A DNA stretch of 31,387 bases from Octopus sinensis (taxonomy: Eukaryota). This document shows, in pieces, positions 1-11,182 of this stretch (positions are counted from its first letter, which is position 1; each line of letters begins with the position of its first letter). Under the pieces are notes generated by a model. It ran no database searches. It was not told where the DNA came from and worked only from the letters and a program-made list of their open reading frames with translations. Location of the stretch: the NCBI RefSeq assembly GCF_006345805.1, contig NW_021835566.1, forward strand, positions 1 to 31,387, read 5' to 3'. The position numbers and the translations under genes were made by a program.

Positions 1-60
1 TCTAACGTATATTTACGCACAACGCACAGCCACAGACTCCATTATAAATATATATATATG

Positions 61-305
61 TTTAAGTAGTTGAATTATCCTAGTATGGATAATTCGGTTA
101 ACCGATACCCGGGTAGCAAATTTACGTCAGAAAGCACGGTTGAAGCTACATGTTAAGGGCAGAAATCACGTGCTGATTTCCTGATGAGAAGACGGCATAA
201 TGCACCCTTTATTCCTTCGGAATAAAGAATATGCAGTCTTCGAAACATGTGTCGAGAATAAAGGAATTTTGTTAAATCGTCGTTCGACTCCATTCTTTCA
301 TTTAT
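61..305 (+). mobile_element. Short non-autonomous Penelope-like or retrozyme-like element containing the HHR, inserted in (TA)n
   Basis: Flanked on both sides by TA repeats. HHR is followed by AATAAA and a GACTCCATTCTTTCA tail, which resembles the tail of the element at 17862-17960. Element class is inferred. Confidence 0.55.
181..257 (+). ncRNA. Type I minimal hammerhead ribozyme with intact core and extended stem II
   Basis: CTGATGA at 181-187. Stem II GAAGAC(188-193)/GTCTTC(236-241), extended by GCATA/TATGC and CTTTATTC/GAATAAAG. GAAA at 242-245. Two-bp stem III with palindromic ACATGT (245-250). GTC cleavage triplet at 251-253. Stem I TTTC(177-180)/GAGA(254-257). Fits the hammerhead consensus and the minimal dimer-type HHRs known from Penelope-like elements. 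Confidence 0.8.
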
Positions 306-311
306 CTATCT

Positions 312-344
<33 letters not shown>

Positions 345-409
345 CACATACATGATATACATGTGTCTGTATGTGTTTGTGGGTACCTGTGTGTCGTGTG
401 TAAAATCTA

Positions 410-537
410 TAAAACTTTCCACTATATATAGAGTGAGACTTTGCGAAAAAACAAAAGACAAAGACGGGTATGTAAACGACAAACAGATGTATTATTTTAA
501 CGCTCGGGAAATAAGAAAGTCCTTTACGTTTCGAGCC
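410..537 (-). mobile_element. 5'-truncated Penelope-like mini-element (3' half of HHR only)
   Basis: Minus strand reads GGCTC-GAAA-CGTA-AAGG...CCCGAGCGTTAAAATAATACATCTGTTTG, homologous to 11708-11870. Confidence 0.55.
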
Positions 538-620
538 TGTGAGAGAAAATAGAAAAAAGGAAGGGAAAATAGGAAAAGGTTTAAATGGCTAACGATCTAT
601 CATGGCGAAACATATATATA

Positions 621-780
621 TTGACAACCGATGTTGGTTTTTTTTTTACGTCCCCGTAATCAAGCGGTTCGGCAAAAGTGACCGATAAGTACTAGGCTTA
701 CAACGAATAAATCCTGGATCCATTTGTTCGACTAAAGTGGTACTTCAGCACGGCCGAAGTCAAATGACTGAAACAAGAAA
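621..780 (+). mobile_element. SINE family 1, 3' half
   Basis: Homologous to 3435-3600 (GCGGTTCGGCAAAAG...GTCAAATGACTGAAACAAG). Confidence 0.8.
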
Positions 781-1529
781 TAGAATGTATATGGCGGATT
801 TCCACACTTTCTGTCTGCCAGACAACGAATTCTGCAGTGGAACACATTACCACTAGTTGTAGCAGAGTAGAAGTGAACCTGAAATTCCATTGTTGCAAAG
901 CGTGCATCTTAATCAGTCACCTATATCTAACATAAGTAAAATTTCTTGGAAAATAATTTTTGCTTTTCTTTTATGTAAATGCAAAATGAAAATTATCATC
1001 TCTTCCGATTATTGATTTGCCGCTATGGTAAAAGTTCATGACCAACTGTAGTGAACAAGATGGGAGAAATTGCCTGGTGGTATTACTTGACATACATGCT
1101 ATATCCAAAACTCTCTCGTATTTAACTTCGACATTTAGTTATCTGACATAGATAAAATAAGCACCAGTCAAATATTAAACTCGCTTGAATTAACCATGCC
1201 GTGCCTTCAGCATTTTAAACCTTCTTGGCACCATGAGAAACCGAAAAAAAAAAAAATTATGCATTCACGCATATATAAGTAATTATGCATATATACATAC
1301 GCATACATACACAAGCATACACATGCATACACTTATATACATACACAAACACCTACAGTAGTATAGAGAAAAGAACACACAGACGATTAGTGCAGAGGTA
1401 TATACGTGCATGTATGCACACTAACTTATTAAACTACATCCCTGGAGCTGTTTTAATTCGAAAACTTTTGGAATTTTGTTAGAGACCAGCTTAGACTCCA
1501 TAAACAAGAACTTGTATGCCAAATTATAT

Positions 1530-1710
1530 AAATATATATATATATATATATGTACATACATACATACATACATACATACATACATACATACATACATACA
1601 TACATACATACATACATACATGCATACATACATATATATATTTGTATATATATATATTCATATCTATGAATACGTATGTGTATGTCTATGTACATGCATA
1701 CATATATACA
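1530..1710. repeat. (TA)n/(TACA)n compound microsatellite
   Basis: Seen directly. Confidence 0.95.
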
Positions 1711-2711
1711 TAAATTCTTAAGATGTTAAGGATGACGGTTAAAAGAAGATGCTTTACTTCGCAACCTTGTGACGAAGTAGATGGCCGGTTAAAATTTAGT
1801 AGAGAAGTAAAAAGAAAACTAAATCATACATACATACATATATACATACATACATACATACATACATATACAAACATGCATATATACATACATACATAAA
1901 TGCATACACTGTTGTTGATGTTGAAATTCCAAAGATGGAGCCTTGGATCTAGTTTAGAAACCGGTTCTTTCTTTATTGGCAAGAAATCATGAAATAAAAC
2001 TGAATAATGACATACAAACATACATACATGCATACAAATCCACAAACTCTCTTATACTTCTGTGTATTTGTGTGGCAGTTTGTATAGACCGGTGAAATTT
2101 CTTTTAGACCTTTAAAACTTATGGATCTGATTAAACGGACGTAACTGAAATGAAGGTTATAAATAGAAATTGATAAAACGAGTGCTTCATTAATTTCTGG
2201 TATTTGTTAACTAAACTCCTTGACGGTGGTGCTCCAGTATGGCCACTGTCATATTTCTTTCTACAATGTGAGAGTATATGTATCAATGTGTATGTGTACG
2301 TGTGTCTGTGAGTATTATTTGTATAATTTTCTTCGTATACGTAAAGCCTTACCCAATTTTATTTGGTTGAGCTTTAAGTATGAACGTCACACATACTTTT
2401 CAATGGAAGTTTAAACAAAAAACTGTTTACACGTCGCGTTTTATTGAGGACACAATGACATCTCAATGACATCTTAACAATATATTTTGGAAAATAAATT
2501 ATGCACACTGCTTATATTTGCTTAGTTCTGACCAGGCAAACACGCCTATTTACTGAGAAAGATTGTTAACATAATAAGAGGTGGGTCGTTCTATTAAACA
2601 GGTTTCCTCTGGGATTTTCTCTTTTTTCATGCTAAATGGTACATCATAAAGTTGAACAGGCAGGAAGCTTTGGCAGGAAATCCTTCGCTAAGGTTATTAT
2701 TGGCTAATGAC

Positions 2712-2717
2712 TTTATT
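2712..2717 (-). promoter_or_regulatory. Candidate polyadenylation signal (AATAAA) of the minus-strand gene
   Basis: AATAAA on the minus strand about 260 nt downstream of the putative stop at 2979. A second one lies at 2440-2445. The hexamer is common in AT-rich DNA. Confidence 0.25.
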
Positions 2718-2978
2718 GACGTTCGTTGTGTTGATAGAGGCGCCGTGTAGAATCTTAAAGGTTTCGAGGCCAGACAACGCTAGTGTTGCTTATCTGCGCT
2801 GTCGAAAAATTTACGAGCCATCTTGATTCAACATTAAGCGTTCACGCGATGCTATCTTACCGATCTATGTACGCCGCTTTGACACGCATTCTTGATCGTG
2901 ACGTGTTTTGCACGTAAACAAGAGGGAATATCCATATCCTTCGCCCATATTAATATCAGTATTTGCGCCATTTGGACA

Positions 2979-3164
2979 TCATTGCACGTATCTCGAATGT
3001 GTCTGCAGCCTATGACTAAGCCTTATATCTCGATAAACATATTGATGTGCTCGCTGCTTCCTGCTGCTTCCTGCTGCAACAATCAACGAATTACGTTTTA
3101 TAGATTTTTTGCAATTCTTCAGACCAAAATCAGAACCTCTGCAGTAATATCTTTGACGAAGCAT
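2979..3164 (-). CDS. Putative terminal coding exon (MLRQRYYCRGSDFGLKNCKKSIKRNS...SRYVQ*) of uncharacterised gene
   Basis: Very strong acceptor GTTTTATTTAGTTTTCTTTTTATTCTTTGAATTCAG|ATG. Phase 0 matches the preceding exon. The 3' end is uncertain because internal donor-like sites exist (AAC|GTAATT near 3090 and CG|GTAAGA near 2860). Confidence 0.5.
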   Translation of the reverse strand: MLRQRYYCRGSDFGLKNCKKSIKRNSLIVAAGSSRKQRAHQYVYRDIRLSHRLQTHSRYVQ

Positions 3165-3210
3165 CTGAATTCAAAGAATAAAAAGAAAACTAAATAAAAC
3201 TCAGGAAAGA

Positions 3211-3618
3211 GGCGCAGGAGTGGCTGTGTGGTAAGTAGCTTGCTTACCAACCACATGGTTCGGGGTTCAGTCCCACTGCGTGGCACCGTGGGCAAGTGTC
3301 TTCTACTATAGCCTCGGGCCGACCAAAGCCTTATGAGTGGATTTGGTAGGTGGATACTGAAAGAAGCCCGTCGTATATATGTATATATAGATGTGTTTGT
3401 GTGTGTTTGTGTGTCTGTATTTGTCCCCCCAACATTGCTTGACCACCGATGCTTGTGTTCTTATGTCCCCGTCACTTAGCGGTTCGGCAAAAGAGACCGA
3501 TAGAATAAGTACTGGGCTTACAAAGAATAAGTCCTGGGTCGATTTGCTCGACTAAAGGCGGTGCTCCAGCATGGCCGCAGTCAAATGACTGAAACAAGTA
3601 AAAGAGTAAAAGAGTAAA
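3211..3618 (+). mobile_element. Full-length tRNA-derived SINE, family 1 (octopus-type)
   Basis: A-box-like TGGCTGTGTGG, B-box-like GGTTCAGTCCC, internal (TA/TG)n tract and (TAAAAGAG)n tail. Several partial copies occur in the window. Confidence 0.9.
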
Positions 3619-3710
3619 TAAAATTACTATTGTTGCCTCCCGTATACTAAAAGTAAGGGAATATATTTTTAGCATTTCCCAGAGTGCTGCTACTGTATAA
3701 TATTTCTGAC

Positions 3711-3767
3711 CTTGTACTCAAACCATTTAATGCTTGGTACATTGTCGATCTGTGCTGCTTGCCATTG
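3711..3767 (-). CDS. Internal exon, QWQAAQIDNVPSIKWFEYK (57 nt, phase 0-0)
   Basis: Acceptor TTTATAACAAATTTATAG|CAA, donor AAG|GTCAGA, open frame, and phases match both neighbouring exons. Confidence 0.55.
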
Positions 3768-4183
3768 CTATAAATTTGTTATAAATAAACGGTAGATATT
3801 TTACTTTTATTTTCAACATTTACTCAAAGAAGGAAGAGCAGCACCTTTCGCCAATCGTTTTTTCCAGAATCTCTGAGATGGGTGGGAGGAGAAGAATAAG
3901 ATACCCTTAAACGAGAAAAAAACCCTGACACGTTTGCTTGCAACAGAGTGAACTCCGATAATATTATTGTAAGGACCATATCATGGTATTAAACCGGGTT
4001 GAATCGACAACCCAATAATCCAGAACACAACGATGCAAAACAGATACCACAAGGTATCCCGTTCGATGCTCTCGGAAGTATGATAATCTAGCACGCTGCG
4101 TATTGAAAGTATGAAAGGTGAAATTCACGTTAGCGAGATTTGAACTCAAAATGACGAAACCCACATACACACAGGGATACATA

Positions 4184-4240
<57 letters not shown>

Positions 4241-4241
4241 A

Positions 4242-4383
4242 CACGATAGGATTCTTTCAGTTTCCGTCTACCAAACCTACTCAGACGGTCGACCAAGGGC
4301 TGTCGTAGAAGACACCCAAATGGCACATAGTGGGATTGAACCCAGGACCATGTGGTTAGAAAGCAAACGTCTTACCACACATC
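4242..4383 (-). mobile_element. SINE family 1, 5' head, antisense copy
   Basis: Reverse complement aligns by eye with 3222-3375. Confidence 0.75.
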
Positions 4384-4469
4384 AACAATTGCACCTACTC
4401 ACGCACACATACACACTCACAAACAAATGTATATATATATAGATATATATGTACGTGTGTATATGTGTG

Positions 4470-4501
<32 letters not shown>

Positions 4502-4539
4502 ATGAGAGAGAGAGATAGACAGATAGATAGATACATACA

Positions 4540-4571
<32 letters not shown>

Positions 4572-5194
4572 GATATATGTGTGTGCGTACGTGTGTGTTT
4601 GTGTGTATGTATGTATGACTATCAAACTACCTATATGTTTTTATATGTGGTGGGATAACAAAATACTGATCTCTATGTTCCTTAAGTTCTTAAAAATGTT
4701 TTAGCCCGAATGCCGCGGCCATGCTGGGGCAACGCCGCTGATGAATAAATTTCATTAAAGGTAGGCGAAACTTCTTATAATATAGAAGCTTGGGTAGGTC
4801 ATATAAAGGAAGTAATATATAGAGCATCACACCCGGCAAAACAAAAGATGATTTTTATTTTTCTCCTAGCCTCAAGGTAGCACACTTTCCCGCTACACAC
4901 CTACGTGTTCGACATACCTTGCCTTAATCAACTTAACTTATGAAAAATTATACCTTTTATCTTTCTTTTGACTTGCTTTACGCATTGGATTGAGCATATG
5001 CTTGGCTACCGCCTTGCAAGGATTAAGCCGAACATATCGACTGAAGCAGTTATTTCTTAAGGCTTGCACTTAATTCATACGTCTCTGTTGCTCGATTGTT
5101 AGGTTCCGTTCACATTAAAAAATCATGACAGGCAGTGATGAGTGACAAATGCACAAGTGGTAGGGGCGGCAAACACAGACTCAAAGACACACAA

Positions 5195-5267
5195 AATAAA
5201 ATATATACATATATGTATGTACGTATATATATATATATATATAATTATATATATATATATATAATTA

Positions 5268-5349
<82 letters not shown>

Positions 5350-5479
5350 TTATATATATATATATATAATATATATATATACTTATATATATACATATAT
5401 ATATATATATACTATATATATATATATATATACATTATATATAATATATATAATATATTATATATATATATCTATATAT

Positions 5480-5511
<32 letters not shown>

Positions 5512-5540
5512 CTATATATAATATATATATATTATATCTA
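5195..5540. repeat. Long degenerate (TA)n microsatellite
   Basis: Seen directly. Confidence 0.95.
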
Positions 5541-5585
5541 TATGTATGTATGTGTGTGTGTTGTTGTGTGTGTGTGTAAAAAGAT

Positions 5586-5655
5586 ACAAACTGGGACAAG
5601 AACGAAAAACATTTAGAAGACGATACAAAAACAGAACCGGATCATCTTCGCAATG
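5586..5655 (-). mobile_element. Internally deleted copy of the element at 20390-20560
   Basis: Reverse complement TTGCGAAGATGATCCGGTTCT|GTTTTTGTATCGTCTTCTAAATG...GTCCCAGTTTGT matches 20440-20545 minus 36 nt. Confidence 0.7.
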
Positions 5656-5659
5656 TATG

Positions 5660-5805
5660 TATGCATGTATGACGGGCTTCTTTCAGTTTCCATCTACCAA
5701 ATCCACTCAGAATAGAAGACACTTGTCCAAGATGCCACGCAGTGCGATTGACTGAACCTCGTATCATGTGGTTGGGAAACAAACTACTCACCACAGAGCC
5801 ACGCC
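5660..5805 (-). mobile_element. SINE family 1, 5' head, antisense copy
   Basis: GACGGGCTTCTTTCAGTTTCC...ACCACAGAGCCACGCC is the reverse complement of the family 1 head. Confidence 0.8.
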
Positions 5806-6645
5806 TTCACGAATTTGTTATGGAAGACACTACTGCTCAGGGTTCAAAATTCACATTGAATTCAAGTAAAAGTTGTAGAACAAAGATCTCTACTAAGACT
5901 CTACTTCATTCTCTTGTTGACGACGGAGTAGCTCGCTACTACAAGGTCGGTCACCTGATGCTTGAAGAAAAATGCATCATCTACGCATCAAGTGTTGAAA
6001 CACCCGCAAGGGTCTATCTGCACACCTTCGTACTTCCTTTCTCCTGGTGGTCAACACTAGGCGCATCGCCAAATTATCTATATGCTTATTTGTCTCTTTC
6101 TCTATTTATCTATCTCCCTTCAGCCCTGCCCCGCTCTCTCTCCCCCCCCCCTCATCACTCTCTTTTCGTTTTAGCTATCACAGCCTGAAAGTTTCGCTGT
6201 GACAATTCGCTGGAAATTCTAAGCTAGAATCTGTCTTTGTAAATATAGCAACAATTGCACATATTCGTACAGAGCAGTCGTGGTGTGCCTTCGCTTATGC
6301 CATACACATCCTTGCCATTCAATCTCCTTTTTAAGCTACGTAGCATAAACACAATATAAACTGCCGTGTATACAAACAAACACAGAACATACATCACATG
6401 TTATAAAATAAATATAGCATAGACATGGTATAAACTCGACATAAATTCAATAGAAATATTTTATATATTTTCACCGTCAGTGTTGTTTTATATCGCTTGT
6501 ATTCTCGTTTTCCTGCATACTTACATTTTTCAGTAAAATAATATGTCGGTTAGATGTCGTATTTACCGCAAAGTTTTCCATTCACATTAAACGTAAAGTT
6601 TTCATTTAATACCTCATTTCCCTTTCATACTCATCACCATTATTA

Positions 6646-6688
<43 letters not shown>

Positions 6689-6974
6689 CATTATTATTAT
6701 TATTGGTTACATCCTGCTGCTCGGAGGGAAAATGGAGACAATTTCGTTTTTTTTTAATGAGAAAATGTCAAATGTTAGAGATAAAATGTCAAAGAAGCGA
6801 GTCTGTATCATCCTGCTTGCCTTTCTCTTCAATTTCTTTCTCTCTTTCTTTCCTTTCCTCACTTCTACATAATTATGTTCCATGATTTTTTGCGCGAAAG
6901 TGTATGCGCATATGTGTTTGTGTCTGTGTGTGCGTATGCATGTGTGTATGTGCATGTATATGTATGCACAATTA

Positions 6975-6978
6975 CATG

Positions 6979-7012
<34 letters not shown>

Positions 7013-7041
7013 ATATAGTATATATATATATATATATATGT

Positions 7042-7083
<42 letters not shown>

Positions 7084-7101
7084 TATATGTATATATTTAT
7101 A

Positions 7102-7154
<53 letters not shown>

Positions 7155-7215
7155 CATATATACATATACATATATATATACATATCTATATATATACACA
7201 CATATATTATAAATG

Positions 7216-7251
<36 letters not shown>

Positions 7252-7252
7252 C
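6975..7252. repeat. (TA)n microsatellite
   Basis: Seen directly. Confidence 0.95.
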
Positions 7253-7794
7253 ATAAATGGTATAAAATAGAAGAGCAACAAGTGAAAGCAGACGAAACGG
7301 AAAATAACAATTGCTGGAATAAGAATGACAAAGCCTCTCACTCTTACGCCACCATCGTTACCACCACCACCACACCACCACCAGAAGCACTCGACACCGA
7401 AATGAAAAGAAAAAAACAAAAAACATTGTGTTTGAGCATCAATAACTAACATCCAAAATCAAAACAAAATTAAGCGATATTTGATGATACTAAAATAATT
7501 TTGCCAAAGTAGAACAACGGAATAATTTATATCTGATTCACGGAAGGGAAATGTTGAAATGACCCGGGTTAATGTTATAAAGAATGTCTGATTTGAAGAG
7601 GAACGTATCTGCAATGTCGGTGCGATATTTTATCGTTATTTCTGGTAACATATAGGCACATATAGGTGCAGACGTGGTTGCATGCTTGTGAAGAACGCTT
7701 CGAGGCCACGTGACTTCGGTTGCAGCCCCGCTGTGTAGCACTGCGGATGAGTCTTTTTTTCTTTCTTTTCACTCCACTTCTATAACCTGGAAGA

Positions 7795-8183
7795 GGAGGT
7801 GCAATGGCCCAGTGGTTTGGGCAGCGGACTCGCGGTCATAGGATCGCGGTTTCGATTCCCAGACCGGGCGTTGTCAGTGTTTATTGAGCGAAAACACCTA
7901 AAAAGCTCCACGAGGCTCCGGCAGGGGATGGTGGTGATCCCTGCTGTACTCTTTCACCACAACTTTCTCTCACTCTTACTTCCAGTTTCTGCTGTACCTG
8001 TATTTTCAAAGGGCCGGCCTTGTCACTCTCTGTGTCACGCTGAATATCGCCGAGAACTACGTTAAGGGTACACGTGTCTCTGGAGTGCTCAGCCACTTAC
8101 ACGTTAATTTCACGAGCAGGCTGTTCCGTTGATTCGGATCAACCGGAACCCTCGTCGTCGTAGCCGACGGAGTGCTTCCATCC
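7795..8183 (+). mobile_element. Full-length tRNA-derived SINE, family 2 (tail type A), with 12-bp target-site duplication
   Basis: Head GGAGGTGCAATGGCCCAGTGG...GGTTTCGATTCC. ATAACCTGGAAG occurs at both 7782-7793 and 8184-8195. Confidence 0.9.
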
Positions 8184-8433
8184 ATAACCTGGAAGGTAAC
8201 AGTCATTGCTTTAGGAGAGCGTTTGTTAGAAGAAAACTGTGCAGAATCCTTTCGAGGTTGTGCCCCAACATGTTTTGAGCCCGATGACTAAAGCAAGTAA
8301 ACGAAACATCGTTGTTCAAATTCAAGTGATGTTCCGTTGTTCTGTAATGGTTCTTCTGCTCATATTATCATGCTGTATATCTATGAAATTATATATTTAT
8401 ATTATATTGTTTTAGTCATTGCTTAATCATATA

Positions 8434-8510
8434 TATTTCTTTACTACCCACAAGGGGCTAAACATACATGAACAGACAAACGGCTTAAGTCGATTACATC
8501 GAACCCAGTG
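8434..8510 (-). mobile_element. SINE family 3, 3' tail fragment
   Basis: CCCACAAGGGGCTAAAC...TTAAGTCGATTACATCG is shared with 11183 and 29606. Confidence 0.75.
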
Positions 8511-8593
8511 AATGTGTATGTTTATGTATATATAACTGTCTGCCAGTAAGTCGGTCTGTCAATCAATCTATCTATCTAATCATATATATTAGG

Positions 8594-8597
<4 letters not shown>

Positions 8598-8629
<32 letters not shown>

Positions 8630-8644
8630 TAGATAGATAGATAA

Positions 8645-8738
<94 letters not shown>

Positions 8739-8752
8739 TGATTGATTGATTA

Positions 8753-8805
<53 letters not shown>

Positions 8806-9425
8806 CGAACTTATTAATTGTGTGATTGATTGACACGCAGACAGACAGACGGACAAATAGAAAGGCGGAATGACAGATAGATAGATAGATACATACATAC
8901 ATACATACATACATACATACATACATACATTCATGCATACATACATACATACATACATACATTCATTCATACATGCATACATACATACATACATACCTAC
9001 ATACATACATACATTCATTCATACATACTGCATACATACATACATATATACATACATACACACATACTACATACAAACATACATACATACATACATACAT
9101 ACATACATACATACTATATACATAAATACATCCATACACATACAAACATACATACATACATGCATACATACAAACATACATGCAAACATACATACATACA
9201 AACATACATACATACATACATACATACATACATAAATACATACATACATACATACATATATACATAAATACATCCATACATACATACAAACATACATACA
9301 TACATGCATACATACAACATACATACATACATACATACATACATACATACATACATACATACATACATACATGCATAAATACATACATACATACAAACAT
9401 ACATACATACATACATACATACATA
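8598..9425. repeat. Compound tetranucleotide array (GACA)(GATA)(GATT)...(TACA)n
   Basis: Seen directly. Confidence 0.95.
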
Positions 9426-9626
9426 GAGATGTTCACAGGTATGTGCGTGTATACCTGTAAGTGCAAATATCATATTTATGTCAAGTGTCTGTTTTGCTTG
9501 CAGATATTTTTTAAAAGAAAGTAAATCTATGCGATTCAGAATTAAATAATTTCGCCTAAATCGATGAGTAATCATGCAAAATATGTGCTGTAACTACATT
9601 AAACTGATCATCGGCATCAAAATCCA

Positions 9627-9644
9627 ATGTTGTTGTTGTTGTTG

Positions 9645-9684
<40 letters not shown>

Positions 9685-9854
9685 TGCTGCTGATGATAAT
9701 AATAATAATAATGAGGATAATAATAATAATAATAATAATGATAATAATAATAATGATAATAATGATAATAATAATAATAATGATGATAATAATGATAATA
9801 ATAATAATAATAATAATAATGATAATAATAATAATGGTAATAATGAGGATAATA

Positions 9855-9893
<39 letters not shown>

Positions 9894-10330
9894 ATAATAA
9901 TAATGATGATAATAATAATAATAATATAATGATAAGAAGAAGAAGATGAAGGAGGAGGAAGAGTAGGAGATGGAGAAGAAGAAGAAGAAGAAGAAGAAGA
10001 AGAAGAAGAAGAAGAAGAAGAAGAAGAAGAAGAAGAAGAAGAAGAGGTGGATGAGGAAGAAGAAGAAGAAGAAGAAGAAGAAGGAGAAGAAGAAGACCGG
10101 TTTATAATTTTAGAAACTATTAACAATAATAAAAATCATAGATGTTATCCTCCCTACCTCCTCCTCCTCATCATCATCATCACCGTCATCATCATGATCA
10201 CCACAATTTTGTTTTACAGAAATTTCGCATTAGCTCATTTTCACTATTTCATTAATTCCAAATTAGTTCATTTCAACAATTTAATTACATTACATTGAAG
10301 CATCTGAATCTCAAATAACCGTAATGATAC

Positions 10331-10404
<74 letters not shown>

Positions 10405-10448
10405 GCAACAACAACAACAGCAACAGCAAAAACAACAATTATTATTAA

Positions 10449-10505
<57 letters not shown>

Positions 10506-10617
10506 CATTATTAATATAATTATCATTATTAATATTATTATTATCATTATTATTATTGTTTTTATTAATATTATTATTATTAATATTATTATTATATTAT
10601 TATTATTATTATTATTA

Positions 10618-10648
<31 letters not shown>

Positions 10649-10705
10649 CATTATTATTATTATCATTATTGATATAATTATTATCATTATTAATATTATT
10701 ATTAA
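9627..10705. repeat. Compound trinucleotide arrays (GTT)(ATT)(AAT/GAT)(GAA) and (AAT)(ACA)(ATT)
   Basis: Seen directly. The two blocks are 9627-10100 and 10324-10705. Confidence 0.95.
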
Positions 10706-10735
10706 AACCGAAGGCAAAAAGGAGATGGAACTTAC

Positions 10736-10814
10736 TTGGAGATTCATTATAGCCTCTTCTCTTTTGCTTAGCTCAGCTTCCGTTAATAATTCAGTTAAAG
10801 CAAATAACAAATGA
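10736..10814 (-). CDS. Internal exon, (H)HLLFALTELLTEAELSKREEAIMNLQ (79 nt, phase 2-0)
   Basis: Acceptor TACATTTCATAG|T, consensus donor CAA|GTAAGT, amphipathic helical peptide, in phase with the upstream exon. Confidence 0.75.
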
Positions 10815-10872
10815 CTATGAAATGTACGAATGAAGTATAGAGACCCTACTATATGCGCGCGCGTACGTTGGG

Positions 10873-10935
10873 TGTGCGTGTGCGTATGCGTGTGCGTGTG
10901 CGTATGCGTGTGCGTGTGCGTATGCGTGTGCGTGT
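10873..10935. repeat. 18-bp unit minisatellite (GCGTGTGCGTGTGCGTAT)n, alternating purine-pyrimidine
   Basis: Seen directly. Confidence 0.85.
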
Positions 10936-11182
10936 ATATGTTTTGGTGTTTGTTTTTAGGTTCAGTCATAATAAAAAAAACACTTTTACATTAATCTGAA
11001 GGGTTCTGCCATACTTTCGTAGAGGACAAATTTATGATTATTTAACAAGAAAAGCATTCACTTCAAAGTTCCAGGCAGCTAAGTCATCATTTGACACTCT
11101 GTCGATTCTCGTTAAAGAATAACACACATGCACATATATATATCAGTAGAAACGCGCGTAGTGATGCATTATATGATTATAT

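Noticed and set aside
3211-3290. tRNA-like sequences (also 7795, 15745, 22440, 29790)
   Set aside because: A/B boxes are present but no complete cloverleaf, and they continue into SINE bodies, so they are SINE heads and not tRNA genes.
4738-4775. CTGATGA...GCGAAAC hammerhead-like spacing
   Set aside because: No stem II (A10.1/C11.1 mismatch) and no stem I or III pairing. Likely chance next to a SINE tail fragment.
5742-6188. 148-aa ORF with a plausible-looking middle (DDGVARYYKVGHLMLEEK...)
   Set aside because: It starts inside an antisense SINE head and ends in a CT repeat, with no recognisable motif or convincing splice sites. The unique core (5820-6070) remains unexplained and may be an old TE.
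8572-10700. Long ORFs of MYVC, HTYI, poly-I, poly-L, poly-N and poly-E type in the ORF track (also at 1421-1721, 5123-5521, 6882-7331, 15061-15701, 22697-23419, 26947-27217)
   Set aside because: These are translations of stop-free micro/minisatellites, open in several frames on both strands, with no splice or codon evidence.
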